A stretch of 64,000 nt of DNA. It comes from an uncultured Chloroflexia bacterium. GTDB taxonomy: Bacteria; Chloroflexota; Limnocylindria; Limnocylindrales; CSP1-4. Below are positions 38,388 to 47,598 of the stretch, in pieces. The stretch covers positions 374,075 through 438,074 of the forward strand of contig CAWHXD010000019.1 of the NCBI GenBank assembly GCA_963833225.1. Reading direction: 5' to 3'. A program made the translations under genes and the position numbers. Each line of letters opens with the position of its first letter. Position 1 is the first letter of the stretch. The notes beneath the pieces were generated by a model. The model did no database searches. It had not been told where the DNA came from and worked only from the letters and a program-made list of their open reading frames with translations.

Positions 38388-40082
38388 GTGACCGATCTCC
38401 CTCTCACCGAGCACGCCATCCAGTTCACCGGCCCGGGCGAGGTGGTGCACAACGTGGCCAAGCCCGTGCACCGTCCAGGTCCCCACCAGCTCGTGGTGCA
38501 GGTGGAGGCGGTCGGCATCTGCTTCTCCGACACGAAGCTGCTCAAGGCGTTCACCGCGCACCCGCGCAAGAGCGAGGTCCTGAACGGCCTGGCGCCAGAG
38601 ATCCTGGCCCAGATCCCGAGCTACACGCCCGGCGACCTCCCGCTTGTTCCAGGCCACGAGTGTGCCGGGCGGATCGTCGCGATCGGGGATGCGGTGACGT
38701 ACCACCGGGTGGGGGAGCGGGTCCTGGTCCAGACCGACTACCGGCACCTGCCCACGGCCGGCGCGAACGCCGCGTTTGGCTACAACTTCGAGGGCGGGCT
38801 CCAGGAGTACGCGCTCCTCGACGAGCGGATGATCCTCGACCCGGACACTGGCGAGCGGTTCCTCATCCCGGTCGGAGATGATCCCTCCGGATCGGCCGTC
38901 GCCCTGCTCGAGCCCTGGGCCTGCGTGGAGCGGTCCTACGCCTCGGAGGAGCGCGGCACCCTCACCCCGGGCGGTCGCCTGCTGGTCGTGGCCGAGCCGG
39001 GCCGGGTGATCCGGGGCCTGGACACCCTCGTGGCGGCTTCGCGACCGGGCACGGTGTCCGCCATCCTCGCGGATACCGGACAGGCGGGCGCGCTGGAGGC
39101 CGCGCTTGGTGGCGAGCTCCGCGTCCGCCGGGTCGTCGATCTCGCCGCGCTCGCCGGCGAGCGCTTCGACGACATCATCTGCTTCGGTGCCGATGCCGGC
39201 CGGATCGAGACCCTGCAGGACCTGATGGCACCCCGGGCCACCATCGACGTCGTCCTGGATGGCGCGGTGCCGGACCGGCCGGTCGCGGTCGACGTTGGGC
39301 GCATCCACTACGACCTGCTGCGCTGGGTGGGCACGACCGGCGACAGCGCCGCCGATGGGTATGCGTGGGTCCCGGCCACGGGCGAGCTGCGAGCGGGCGA
39401 TCGGGTTGCGATCATCGGCGCGGCGGGGCCGATGGGCTTCATGCACGTGATCCGCGCCCTGACGATCGGGCAGCCCGACGTGTCGGTCGATGCCATCGAC
39501 ATCGATGACGCCAGGCTCGCCCATCTCGCCGAGGTCGCCGCGCCGCTGGCCGCGGCCAGCGGGTTGAAGGCCGCGTTCCTCAACAGCCGCACCAGCCCGC
39601 CGGCCGCGGGCGGGTACGACTACGTGGGCGTGATGGTCCCCGCGCCCGCGCTCGTCCTCGAGGCCCTCGCGGCGGCGGCGCCCGGGGCGATCGTCAACCT
39701 GTTCGCGGGATTTGCCGTGGGGACGCTGGCGAGCGTCGATCTCGGGGATCTCCTCGGCCGGAAGATCTTCGTGTTCGGCACCAGCGGGTCCGTGATCCGC
39801 GACATGGAGGCGGTTCTTGCCCGCCTCGAAGCCGGCCGCCTGGACACCAACGTGTCGGTTGACGCCGTGTCCGGGATGGAGGGTGTCCGCGACGCGCTCG
39901 CTGCCGTCGAGGCGAGGTCGTCGGGCGGCAAGATCGTGGTCTACCCCCAGCTCCATGACCTGGGCATGGTCCGGCTGGGCCAGCTTTCGGACCGGCTGCC
40001 CCAGGTCGCCGCGAAGCTCCGGGACGGCCGCTGGACACGCGAGGCCGAGGAGGCGCTGCTCGCCTCGGCGCCCCGGTCATGA
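38388..40082 (+). CDS. Zinc-type medium-chain alcohol dehydrogenase with an extra C-terminal Rossmann-like domain (564 aa)
   Basis: The GTG at 38388 follows AGGAG. GHECAG is the zinc-ligand motif and a GAAGPMG nucleotide-binding motif is present. It overlaps the next gene by ATGA. Confidence 0.7.
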   Translation: MTDLPLTEHAIQFTGPGEVVHNVAKPVHRPGPHQLVVQVEAVGICFSDTKLLKAFTAHPRKSEVLNGLAPEILAQIPSYTPGDLPLVPGHECAGRIVAIGDAVTYHRVGERVLVQTDYRHLPTAGANAAFGYNFEGGLQEYALLDERMILDPDTGERFLIPVGDDPSGSAVALLEPWACVERSYASEERGTLTPGGRLLVVAEPGRVIRGLDTLVAASRPGTVSAILADTGQAGALEAALGGELRVRRVVDLAALAGERFDDIICFGADAGRIETLQDLMAPRATIDVVLDGAVPDRPVAVDVGRIHYDLLRWVGTTGDSAADGYAWVPATGELRAGDRVAIIGAAGPMGFMHVIRALTIGQPDVSVDAIDIDDARLAHLAEVAAPLAAASGLKAAFLNSRTSPPAAGGYDYVGVMVPAPALVLEALAAAAPGAIVNLFAGFAVGTLASVDLGDLLGRKIFVFGTSGSVIRDMEAVLARLEAGRLDTNVSVDAVSGMEGVRDALAAVEARSSGGKIVVYPQLHDLGMVRLGQLSDRLPQVAAKLRDGRWTREAEEALLASAPRS

Positions 40083-41089
40083 AGGTTGCGAGGCTGCACG
40101 GGCCGGGTGACATCCGTCTCGCGTCCGAGCCGGAGCCGCAGCCCGGGCCCGGCGAGGCCCTCGTCCGGGTGACGGCCGTCGGAATCTGCGGCTCGGACCT
40201 GCACTGGTATACCGAGAGCAGCATCGGCGGAGCCGAGCTCACTCGCCCCCTGGTCCTGGGTCACGAGGCGGCCGGCGTCATCGCGTCCGGGCCGAGGGCC
40301 GGCACCCGCGTCGCGATCGATCCCAGCCTGCCGTGCGGGGCGTGCGAAACCTGTGCCCGGGGGCTGGGCCACCTCTGCCCCCACGTCCGGTTCCTGGGCC
40401 ACAGCGACACCGACGGCGCGCTGCGCGAGCAGATCGCCTGGCCCGAGGCGCACCTGGTCCCCATCCCCGACGCGATCGACGACGTTGCCGCGGCCGTCCT
40501 CGAGCCGCTCGGGGTCGCCATCCACGCCATGCGGCTCGCCGGCCTGCGCCCGGGAGGCACCATCGCCATCACCGGTGCCGGACCCATCGGCCAGCTCCTG
40601 ATCCAGCTGGCGTTCGCCGCGGGCGCGTCCGCGGTCGCGGCTACCGACATCCTTGCCCATCGTGTCGAGGCGGCCCGCGCCGCCGGGGCGGTGGCAGAGG
40701 TCGTGGACGGCGGTGCCGAGCGGGAGCGCCTCCTGGCAGCCCTTGGTGGCCGGCCCGTGGACACGGCGATCGAGATCGCGGGCGTGGATGACGCGATCGC
40801 CACTGCTGCTGCCCTCGTGCGCCCCGGCGGCACGGTGGTCATTGCCGGCATCCCCACGGGCAACGAGAGCGTCGTCCCGGCCTCGGTGCTGCGTCGCAAG
40901 GGCATCGACCTCCGGTTCTCTCGCCGGATGAACCGGGTCTACCCGGAAGCGATCGCGCTGGTGACCTCAGGACGCGTTCGCCCCGGCGACGTGGTCACCG
41001 CGACCTACTCGCTCGACGATGCCGACGCCGCGTTCCGGACCGCCGCGCGCCGCGAGGGCGGCAAGGTCGTGGTGCTGCCCAACGCGTAG
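40079..41089 (+). CDS. Zinc-dependent alcohol / polyol dehydrogenase (sorbitol-dehydrogenase / threonine-dehydrogenase-like MDR)
   Basis: 336 aa with GICGSDLHWY, GHEAAG, the structural-zinc cysteines C..C..C..C, and GAGPIGQ. Confidence 0.8.
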   Translation: MKVARLHGPGDIRLASEPEPQPGPGEALVRVTAVGICGSDLHWYTESSIGGAELTRPLVLGHEAAGVIASGPRAGTRVAIDPSLPCGACETCARGLGHLCPHVRFLGHSDTDGALREQIAWPEAHLVPIPDAIDDVAAAVLEPLGVAIHAMRLAGLRPGGTIAITGAGPIGQLLIQLAFAAGASAVAATDILAHRVEAARAAGAVAEVVDGGAERERLLAALGGRPVDTAIEIAGVDDAIATAAALVRPGGTVVIAGIPTGNESVVPASVLRRKGIDLRFSRRMNRVYPEAIALVTSGRVRPGDVVTATYSLDDADAAFRTAARREGGKVVVLPNA

Positions 41090-41629
41090 CGCGGGCGGTC
41101 AACGCGGGTGCCGCGAGAGGGCGCACGCGGGGTCGCGAGACGGGCGCCCGCCGGCGGGGTGGCCACGACCACCGCGATCCCGGCGCCCACCGCCCAGGTG
41201 GCCAACACCGCCGCGGCATCCGGTCGACGCGGATCACCACCAGCGCCCTGACCGCTCCGCGCCTCCTCCGCCGACCAGTCGCGGTCGTGGCGGGTCCGCG
41301 GTCGTGGCGGTCGTCAAGGCAGTGCTCGCGTTGCACCTTGATCAGCAGCCCTGATCAGCGGCGGGTTTCTCCGGACACTGTTGGCCGGACAGGCCGGGAT
41401 CCCTGCCCGGAGATCAGGGTTCCTGATTCTCTTGGCGACTTCCGCGTGTGCTCGGACATCGGCGCCCCGCCGGAACGTCGGGAAGCCGCCGTTGATCATG
41501 GGTCGTGATCAAGCGGCGCGGAGCAGTGCCGTAGGCAACCCCACCGCGAGGCGAGGGACGGCCCAGGGGCAGGCCTGCCTCCTCGGGCACGAGGGGGCTG
41601 AGCAGGACGTCGTGGTGCCGGCCGCACCA

Positions 41630-41703
41630 CGGACACCGTCCCCTCCTGGGACTCGGACCCCCGTCCCCTCCAGGGACTCGGACGCCCGTCCCTCCCGTGT
41701 CCG
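41630..41703. repeat. Three tandem 24-25-bp repeats CGGAC-NCC-GTCCCCTCC-NGGGACT in a long non-coding region
   Basis: CGGACACCGTCCCCTCCTGGGACT / CGGACCCCCGTCCCCTCCAGGGACT / CGGACGCCCGTCCCTCCCGTGTCCG. The first and last copies together form CGGACAC...GTGTCCG. Confidence 0.6.
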
Positions 41704-41770
41704 GGCCGGCTGCGTGACGGGCGCAGAATCGTCGTGCACAGACCTTGAGGGGTGCGGTACCGTTCGGTGG

Positions 41771-41784
41771 TGTTACCGGTAACC
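41771..41784. promoter_or_regulatory. 14-bp palindrome TGTTACC/GGTAACC, candidate LacI-family operator about 75 nt upstream of the LacI regulator gene
   Basis: 13 of 14 positions are self-complementary, with a central CG like many LacI/GalR operators. Confidence 0.4.
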
Positions 41785-41858
41785 GACGCCGCTGGCCCGC
41801 TTCCCCTGCCCTCGATCTCCCTGCGGCCCTCCCGATCCGAACCCAGACCTCAGATCCC

Positions 41859-42905
41859 ATGAGCACCATCAGCGACGTTGCCAGGCGAGCCGGCGTGTCC
41901 GCGATGACCGTCTCGCGGGTCGTCAACGGCACCGGCTACACCAGCACGGAGACGCGCGCCCGCGTGGAGGCGGCCATCAAGGAGCTGGGCTACGTGCCCA
42001 ACGCCCTTGCCCGCCAACTGCGGTCGAAGCGCACCAAGACCCTCGCTCTCGTGGTCTCGGACATCTCCAACCCGTTCTTCACCACGATCGCTCGCGGCGT
42101 CGAGGACGTCGCGATGGCCCACGGCTTCTCGGTCATGTACGGCAACACCGACGAGTCCGAGGCCGAGGAGGAGCAGTACCTCCTGATGCTGGTCGAACGC
42201 CAGATCGACGGCATCCTCCTGGTGCCCACCCGGAGCTCCGGCGAGTCGTTCCGGCTCCTGCGCACCCACCACGTGCCGGTCGTCGTCCTGGACCGCCGGA
42301 TCGACGCCGGCGCCGTCGATACCGTGCGCTGCGATTCCGAGGCCGGTGCCCACGCGCTCACGAGGCACCTGCTCGAGCTCGGCCACCGCGACATCGCCGT
42401 GCTGACCGGCCGCGAGACCATCTCGACCTCCGTCGACCGCGTGGCGGGCTGCCGGCGAGCCATGGAGGAGGCCGGGCTCGACCTGCCCGGCGAGCGCGTG
42501 CAGTATGGCGGCTACATGTTCGGGAAGAGCCACCAGGCCGATGGCCACCGGATGGCGCAACGGGTCCTCGACGGCCTGGGCCTGCTGCCCACGGCCATGT
42601 TCTGTGCCAACAACTTCATCGCCTTCGGGGCGATCCGGGCGCTGCGCGAGCGAGGCCTGCGGGTGCCCGACGACATGAGCATCGTCGCCTTCGACGATCT
42701 GCCGGCGGAATGGGTCAGCGAGCCCTTCCTCACCTGTGCGGCCCAGCCCGCCTACGACATCGGGCACTGCGCCGCCGCGCGCCTCCTCGGCCACATCTCC
42801 GGCGAGCAGGTGCCCAGGGGCGAGTCCGTCGTGCTCCCGTACGAGCTGATCATCCGGCGGTCCAGCGGACCGCCGCGAACCATCGACCTGGTCGCCACGG
42901 GCTGA
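41859..42905 (+). CDS. LacI-family transcriptional regulator
   Basis: The ATG is at 41859. The N-terminal HTH is MSTISDVARRAGVSAMTVSRVVNG and a periplasmic-binding-protein-like effector domain follows. Confidence 0.85.
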   Translation: MSTISDVARRAGVSAMTVSRVVNGTGYTSTETRARVEAAIKELGYVPNALARQLRSKRTKTLALVVSDISNPFFTTIARGVEDVAMAHGFSVMYGNTDESEAEEEQYLLMLVERQIDGILLVPTRSSGESFRLLRTHHVPVVVLDRRIDAGAVDTVRCDSEAGAHALTRHLLELGHRDIAVLTGRETISTSVDRVAGCRRAMEEAGLDLPGERVQYGGYMFGKSHQADGHRMAQRVLDGLGLLPTAMFCANNFIAFGAIRALRERGLRVPDDMSIVAFDDLPAEWVSEPFLTCAAQPAYDIGHCAAARLLGHISGEQVPRGESVVLPYELIIRRSSGPPRTIDLVATG

Positions 42906-42938
42906 CCGTGCTCGAACCCATGACGTAAAGGAGGCCCG

Positions 42939-43358
42939 ATGCTCAAGACCCGCCTGCTTCACCCGGAGATCCTCGCCGCGCTCGGCGAGGCCGGCCACGG
43001 CGCCCAGGTGCTGATCGCGGACGGCAACTACCCGCTGGCCACGCGCTCCAACCCCGACGCCTACCGGGTGTTCCTCAATCTCGCGCCCGGCCAGCTCACC
43101 GTCACCGACGTCCTCGACGTCATCGCCGACGCGATCCCCATCGAGGCCGCCTGCGTGATGGGCCCCGACGATGACACGGAGCCGTCGATCTACGCGGACT
43201 TCCGACGGATCCTGCCGGACACGGAGCTCCAGCGGCTGGGCCGCTTCGAGTTCTACGACATGGCCAGGGGCCCGGACACGGCGCTCGCGATCGCCACCGG
43301 CGAGCAGCGCATCTACGCCAACATCCTGCTCACCATCGGGGTGGTGATGCCCGAGTAG
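42939..43358 (+). CDS. fucU: RbsD/FucU-family sugar mutarotase (L-fucose mutarotase / D-ribose pyranase)
   Basis: 139 aa, [32 protein letters not shown]..., matching the family. It lies directly upstream of fucI. Confidence 0.8.
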   Translation: MLKTRLLHPEILAALGEAGHGAQVLIADGNYPLATRSNPDAYRVFLNLAPGQLTVTDVLDVIADAIPIEAACVMGPDDDTEPSIYADFRRILPDTELQRLGRFEFYDMARGPDTALAIATGEQRIYANILLTIGVVMPE

Positions 43359-43410
43359 GGCAGGGCAGGTTTCGTTCACACCGCGTCCCAGGAACAAGAG
43401 GACCACGACC

Positions 43411-45216
43411 ATGACCACCGTCAACACGTCCGGCCGCTTCGTCGGGGACTGGCCCAGGATCGGTATCCGCCCCGCGGTCGACGGCCGCCAGCACGGCGTC
43501 CGTGAGTCGCTCGAGGAGCAGACCCGGAACATGGCGCTCCGGACGGCGGAGCTCATCCGCGCCAACCTGCGCTACCCGGACGGCACGCCCGTGGAGGTCG
43601 TGGTCCCCGACCACAACATCGGCGGCGTGTACGAGGCGGCCAAGGTTGCCGAGCTGTTCCGCAAGGAGGGCGTTGGCGTCTCGCTGACGATCACGCCCTG
43701 CTGGTGCTACGGCTCCGAGACGATGGACATGGATCCCCTGACCCCCAAGGCCGTATGGGGCTTCAACGGCACCGAGCGCCCGGGCGCTGTGTACCTCGCG
43801 GCGGTCCTCGCCGCCCACACCCAGAAGGGGCTGCCGGCGTTCGGCATCTACGGCCGAGACGTCCAGGACGCCGGCGACGGCACGATCCCTGACGACGTGC
43901 AGGCGAAGATCCTGCGCTTTGCGCGGGCCGGCATGGCCGCCGCGATCCTGCGCGGCAAGTCGTACCTGAGCCTCGGTGGCGTGTCCATGGGCATCGCCGG
44001 CTCGATCGTGGACCAGCCGTTCTTCGAGAAGTACCTGGGCATGCGTGTCGAGGCCGTCGACATGTCCGAGATCTACCGCCGGCTCGAGGAGGGGATCTAC
44101 GACCCGGTCGAGTTCGAGAAGGGTCTCGCCTGGGCCAGGGCCAACTGCCGCGAGGGTGTGGATCGCAACCCGGCCGACAAGGCCAAGACCCGCGAGGAGC
44201 TCGACCGCGACTGGGAGGTCGTGGTCAAGATGACCCTCATCGCGCGCGATCTCCTGGTGGGCAACCCGAGACTCGCCGAGCTCGGCTTCGGCGAGGAGGC
44301 GCTGGGCCGCAACGCGATCCTGGGCGGGTTCCAGGGTCAGCGGGCATGGACCGACCACAGCCCCAACGGCGACTTCATGGAGGCGATCCTCAACTCCAGC
44401 TTCGACTGGAACGGGATCCGCGCCCCGCACATGTTCGCGACCGAGAACGACTCGCTCAACGGCGCGACGATGCTGCTCTCCTACCTGCTGACCAACCGGG
44501 CCCAGATCTTCGCGGACGTCCGCACATACTGGAGCGCGGAGGCCGTGGAGCGGGTGACCGGGCACAGGCTCGAGGGTCTCGCCGCGGGCGGCTTCATCCA
44601 CCTCATCAACTCCGGCGCGGCGACGCTCGACGCCACCGGCGCGATGACGGACGCCGACGGCAAGCCGGCCATGAAGCCGTTCTGGGACATCACCGACGGC
44701 GACGTGAAGGCCGCGCTCGCGGCCACGACCTGGTACCCGGCCAACCGCGGCTACTTCCGCGGCGGCGGCTTCTCCAGCCAGTTCGTGTCCAAGGGCGGGA
44801 TGCCCGTCACCATGGCCCGCCTCAACCTCGTGAGCGGGACCGGACCCGTGCTCCAGATCGCCGAGGGCTGGACCGTGGACCTGCCCACGGATGTCCACGA
44901 CATCCTGGACCAGCGGACGGATCCCACCTGGCCCACCCACTGGTTCGTGCCGCGGACCACGGGCGAGGGCGTCTTCCGCGATGTCTACACCGTGATGGCC
45001 AACTGGGCCGCGAACCACGGTGCGATCAGCTACGGCCACATCGGTGCCGACCTGATCAGCCTGGCCTCGGTGCTCCGGATCCCGGTCCACATGCACAACG
45101 TGGCCGAGGAGGATCTCTTCCGACCCAGCGCGTGGGCCAACCTGGGCACGGCCGATCCGGAGGGCGCCGACTTCCGGGCCTGCGCCAGCTTCGGCCCGCT
45201 CTACGGTCGCAAGTAG
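43411..45216 (+). CDS. fucI: L-fucose isomerase
   Basis: 601 aa, collinear with the FucI family (MTTVN...RIGIRP...[19 protein letters not shown]...). Confidence 0.9.
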   Translation: MTTVNTSGRFVGDWPRIGIRPAVDGRQHGVRESLEEQTRNMALRTAELIRANLRYPDGTPVEVVVPDHNIGGVYEAAKVAELFRKEGVGVSLTITPCWCYGSETMDMDPLTPKAVWGFNGTERPGAVYLAAVLAAHTQKGLPAFGIYGRDVQDAGDGTIPDDVQAKILRFARAGMAAAILRGKSYLSLGGVSMGIAGSIVDQPFFEKYLGMRVEAVDMSEIYRRLEEGIYDPVEFEKGLAWARANCREGVDRNPADKAKTREELDRDWEVVVKMTLIARDLLVGNPRLAELGFGEEALGRNAILGGFQGQRAWTDHSPNGDFMEAILNSSFDWNGIRAPHMFATENDSLNGATMLLSYLLTNRAQIFADVRTYWSAEAVERVTGHRLEGLAAGGFIHLINSGAATLDATGAMTDADGKPAMKPFWDITDGDVKAALAATTWYPANRGYFRGGGFSSQFVSKGGMPVTMARLNLVSGTGPVLQIAEGWTVDLPTDVHDILDQRTDPTWPTHWFVPRTTGEGVFRDVYTVMANWAANHGAISYGHIGADLISLASVLRIPVHMHNVAEEDLFRPSAWANLGTADPEGADFRACASFGPLYGRK

Positions 45217-45306
45217 CCGCCCGCTCGCGTCAGCCTTGCCGGCCGTCCCGCTCTCGGGCGGGGCGGCCGATGCCTGTCCGGGACGGTGCCCGCCGGCCTC
45301 GGTGCC

Positions 45307-45630
45307 TCAGTCCTGGTGGAACAGCTCGTCCATCGACGCCCACCATTCGCCCTCGGCGCGGTCGGCGAGCGGCTCCTGGAGCGGCTTGTTGACCGCCCAC
45401 CACTCCTGGGTCGTGGGATCCTCGCCCATCCGGGCCATGTCTGCCTCGTAGTCCTCGCCGACGTACTCGAAGTAGCTGAACAGCCAGCCGCCGCGGTGGT
45501 AGATCGAGTAGTTGCGGATGTTGCACTCGGTGATCTTGGCGAGCACCGCCGGCCACACCGCGGCGTGGAGCTCGCCGTACCGGGCAAGGTTCTCGGGGGG
45601 CATGCGCAGCACGCTGGCGTACCTGGTCAT
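45307..45630 (-). CDS. rhaM: L-rhamnose mutarotase, second copy
   Basis: The ATG at 45630 follows GGAGG. MTRYASVLRMPPENLARYGELHAAVWP...NYSIYHRGGWLFSYFEYVGED is the RhaM fold. It lies 60 nt downstream of the methyltransferase gene on the same strand. Confidence 0.8.
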   Translation of the reverse strand: MTRYASVLRMPPENLARYGELHAAVWPAVLAKITECNIRNYSIYHRGGWLFSYFEYVGEDYEADMARMGEDPTTQEWWAVNKPLQEPLADRAEGEWWASMDELFHQD

Positions 45631-45711
45631 CCTGGTGCCTCCACGATGCATGGGTGGGGGATTGGCGCCCGGCGGGGAGGAGGTCCGCCGGGCGCCGTGA
45701 TCGACGGAGAG

Positions 45712-46902
45712 CTATTCCGCCGGCAGATGAAGCGGGTACGTCCCGTACTCGCGGACGAGCTTGACGATCTGGTCGTAGGTGTGACCCGACACGTCGCTCG
45801 CGACCGAGTGGTCGCTCATGAATACGTAGCCGCCGCCCTCGGCGGCGCGCAGCCGGTGGAGCACCTCGCGACGTACCTCGTCCGGATCGCCGCGCTCCCA
45901 GACGCGGATGTCGCTGTTGCCGCAGAACGTGAGCCGATGGCCCAGCCGCTCGCGGAGCGTGACGACGTCGAGGTCCGCCTTGGCCTCGAGCGGGTTGTAG
46001 CCGTCGAGCCCGATCTCGATCATGTCCTCGAAGATCGCGTTGGCGTTGCCGCACCCGTGGTACATGACCAGCAGGCCGTGCTGGTGGGCCAGCTCGATGA
46101 TCCGGGCGACCGTCGGCTTGTAGTACTTGCGCCAGTAGGTGGGGCCCATGAACAGGCTCTTGCCGTAGGCGACGTCGCCCCAGATGACGAGCCCGTCCAG
46201 GAGGCCGTCCGCCGCCTCGATCTGGGCCTTGGCGATCTCGTAGCTGAACTCGCCGATGCGAAGCAGCTGCTCGCCGAACCGCTCCGGGAACTCGCCGGTC
46301 CACATCAGGGTGTTGAGCTGGCCCAGGAGGCGCGTGCAGATCTCGGACGCCTCCGTGACGCTGCCGAACACCGGGAAGTCCGGGTACAGCCCCTTGACGG
46401 TCTCCACCCACGGCGGGCTGTTGCGCTCGAAGCCATCGCCCACGCCGGCGATCTGGTTGTCGCCGGCCTCGAAGTAGCGGCGCCGGTCGGTCGGGTCGTC
46501 GAACTCGAACGCCTCCAGCTTCTCGATCGTGTCCGTCTCCCAGCTCACCTGCTCGGGCATCGGCAGGTCGAAGCGCTTGCGGATCGTGGTCTCGAAGCCG
46601 GTCTTGACCACCACCTCCTCGTCGTCCTCGCGGATCGTCTCGAAGGCCCGGATGTGGGGATCCATGTTGGGGACGGTGGTGATGAAGTCGAGGTCGTAGT
46701 GGTAGTACGGATCGGCGTCGGCCGGCAGCCCCAGCTCCGTGCGCCACCGGTCACGGAACTGGCCCCAGAAGAAGTCCGTGATCGGGACGCGGTCCGCCTC
46801 CTGGTGCCCGAAGGTCTTCCGGATCCGGTCCAGCTTGGCCAGCGTCGAGGGCTTGCGGTCCGTGCCTCCGCCCCGTCCGTAGGTCTCGAACATGCCGGGC
46901 AT
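45712..46902 (-). CDS. Uroporphyrinogen-decarboxylase-family (MtaA/CmuA-like) corrinoid methyltransferase
   Basis: The ATG at 46902 follows GGGAG. The 396-aa product has the URO-D N-terminal RVPITDFFW motif and a TIM-barrel C-terminal part with LVMYHGCGNANAIFEDMIEIGLDGYNPLE. Confidence 0.75.
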   Translation of the reverse strand: MPGMFETYGRGGGTDRKPSTLAKLDRIRKTFGHQEADRVPITDFFWGQFRDRWRTELGLPADADPYYHYDLDFITTVPNMDPHIRAFETIREDDEEVVVKTGFETTIRKRFDLPMPEQVSWETDTIEKLEAFEFDDPTDRRRYFEAGDNQIAGVGDGFERNSPPWVETVKGLYPDFPVFGSVTEASEICTRLLGQLNTLMWTGEFPERFGEQLLRIGEFSYEIAKAQIEAADGLLDGLVIWGDVAYGKSLFMGPTYWRKYYKPTVARIIELAHQHGLLVMYHGCGNANAIFEDMIEIGLDGYNPLEAKADLDVVTLRERLGHRLTFCGNSDIRVWERGDPDEVRREVLHRLRAAEGGGYVFMSDHSVASDVSGHTYDQIVKLVREYGTYPLHLPAE

Positions 46903-46906
46903 CGGA

Positions 46907-47536
46907 TCAGCTCCCCGCCAACAGCTGCTTGGCCAGGTCCACCGCCGCACCCGCATCGGGAGCGAAGCCGTCGGCGCCGATCTGCTCGGCGAACTCGGGC
47001 GTGGTGGGCGCGCCACCGATCATCACCTTGGCACCGACGTCGGCGGCCTTGATGGCCTCCACCACGGCCCGCATGTTGGGCATCGTGGTGGTCAGCAGGG
47101 CGCTGAGGCCGATCAGGCGGGCGTCGTGCTCGCGGGCGGCCTCGACGAACTTGGCGGCGGACACGTTCACCCCGAGGTCGATGACCTCGATCGCCGCTCC
47201 CTTGAGCATCATGCCGACCAGGTTCTTGCCGATGTCGTGGAGGTCGCCCTCGACGGTCCCGATCACCGCCGTGTGCTCGGGCCGGATCCCGGCCTCCACC
47301 AGGCTCGGCTCGAGGATGGCCGTGGCTTCCTTCATCGCCCTCGCGGCGATGAGCATCTCGGGGACGAAGATCTCGCCCTCCTGGAACTTGCGGCCGATGA
47401 CCCCCATCGCCTCGGTCATCGCATCCAGGATCTCCTGGGCCGATACGCCCGCCGCCAGGGCCTCGGTTGTCAGCCGGGCCGCCGATGCCCGGTCGCCTGC
47501 CTCGATCGCCCTGCCCAGCTCGCCCAGGTCAGCCAT
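46907..47536 (-). CDS. Cobalamin-binding corrinoid protein (MtaC/MtbC-like: B12-binding-2 helical domain + B12-binding Rossmann domain)
   Basis: The ATG at 47536 follows GAGGAG at spacing 7. The 209-aa product has the His-on B12 motif GDLHDIGKN and the GGAP glycine-rich motif. Confidence 0.8.
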   Translation of the reverse strand: MADLGELGRAIEAGDRASAARLTTEALAAGVSAQEILDAMTEAMGVIGRKFQEGEIFVPEMLIAARAMKEATAILEPSLVEAGIRPEHTAVIGTVEGDLHDIGKNLVGMMLKGAAIEVIDLGVNVSAAKFVEAAREHDARLIGLSALLTTTMPNMRAVVEAIKAADVGAKVMIGGAPTTPEFAEQIGADGFAPDAGAAVDLAKQLLAGS

Positions 47537-47598
47537 GTCTGTGACTCCTCTCGATACCAGGGTCGCGGTGGCCGCTCGTGGCCCCGCTCGCCCCGGGG

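Noticed and set aside
41630-41703. Possible CRISPR or IS terminal repeats
   Set aside because: Only three tandem copies, with no spacers, no flanking transposase and no target-site duplication. I kept it as a tandem repeat.
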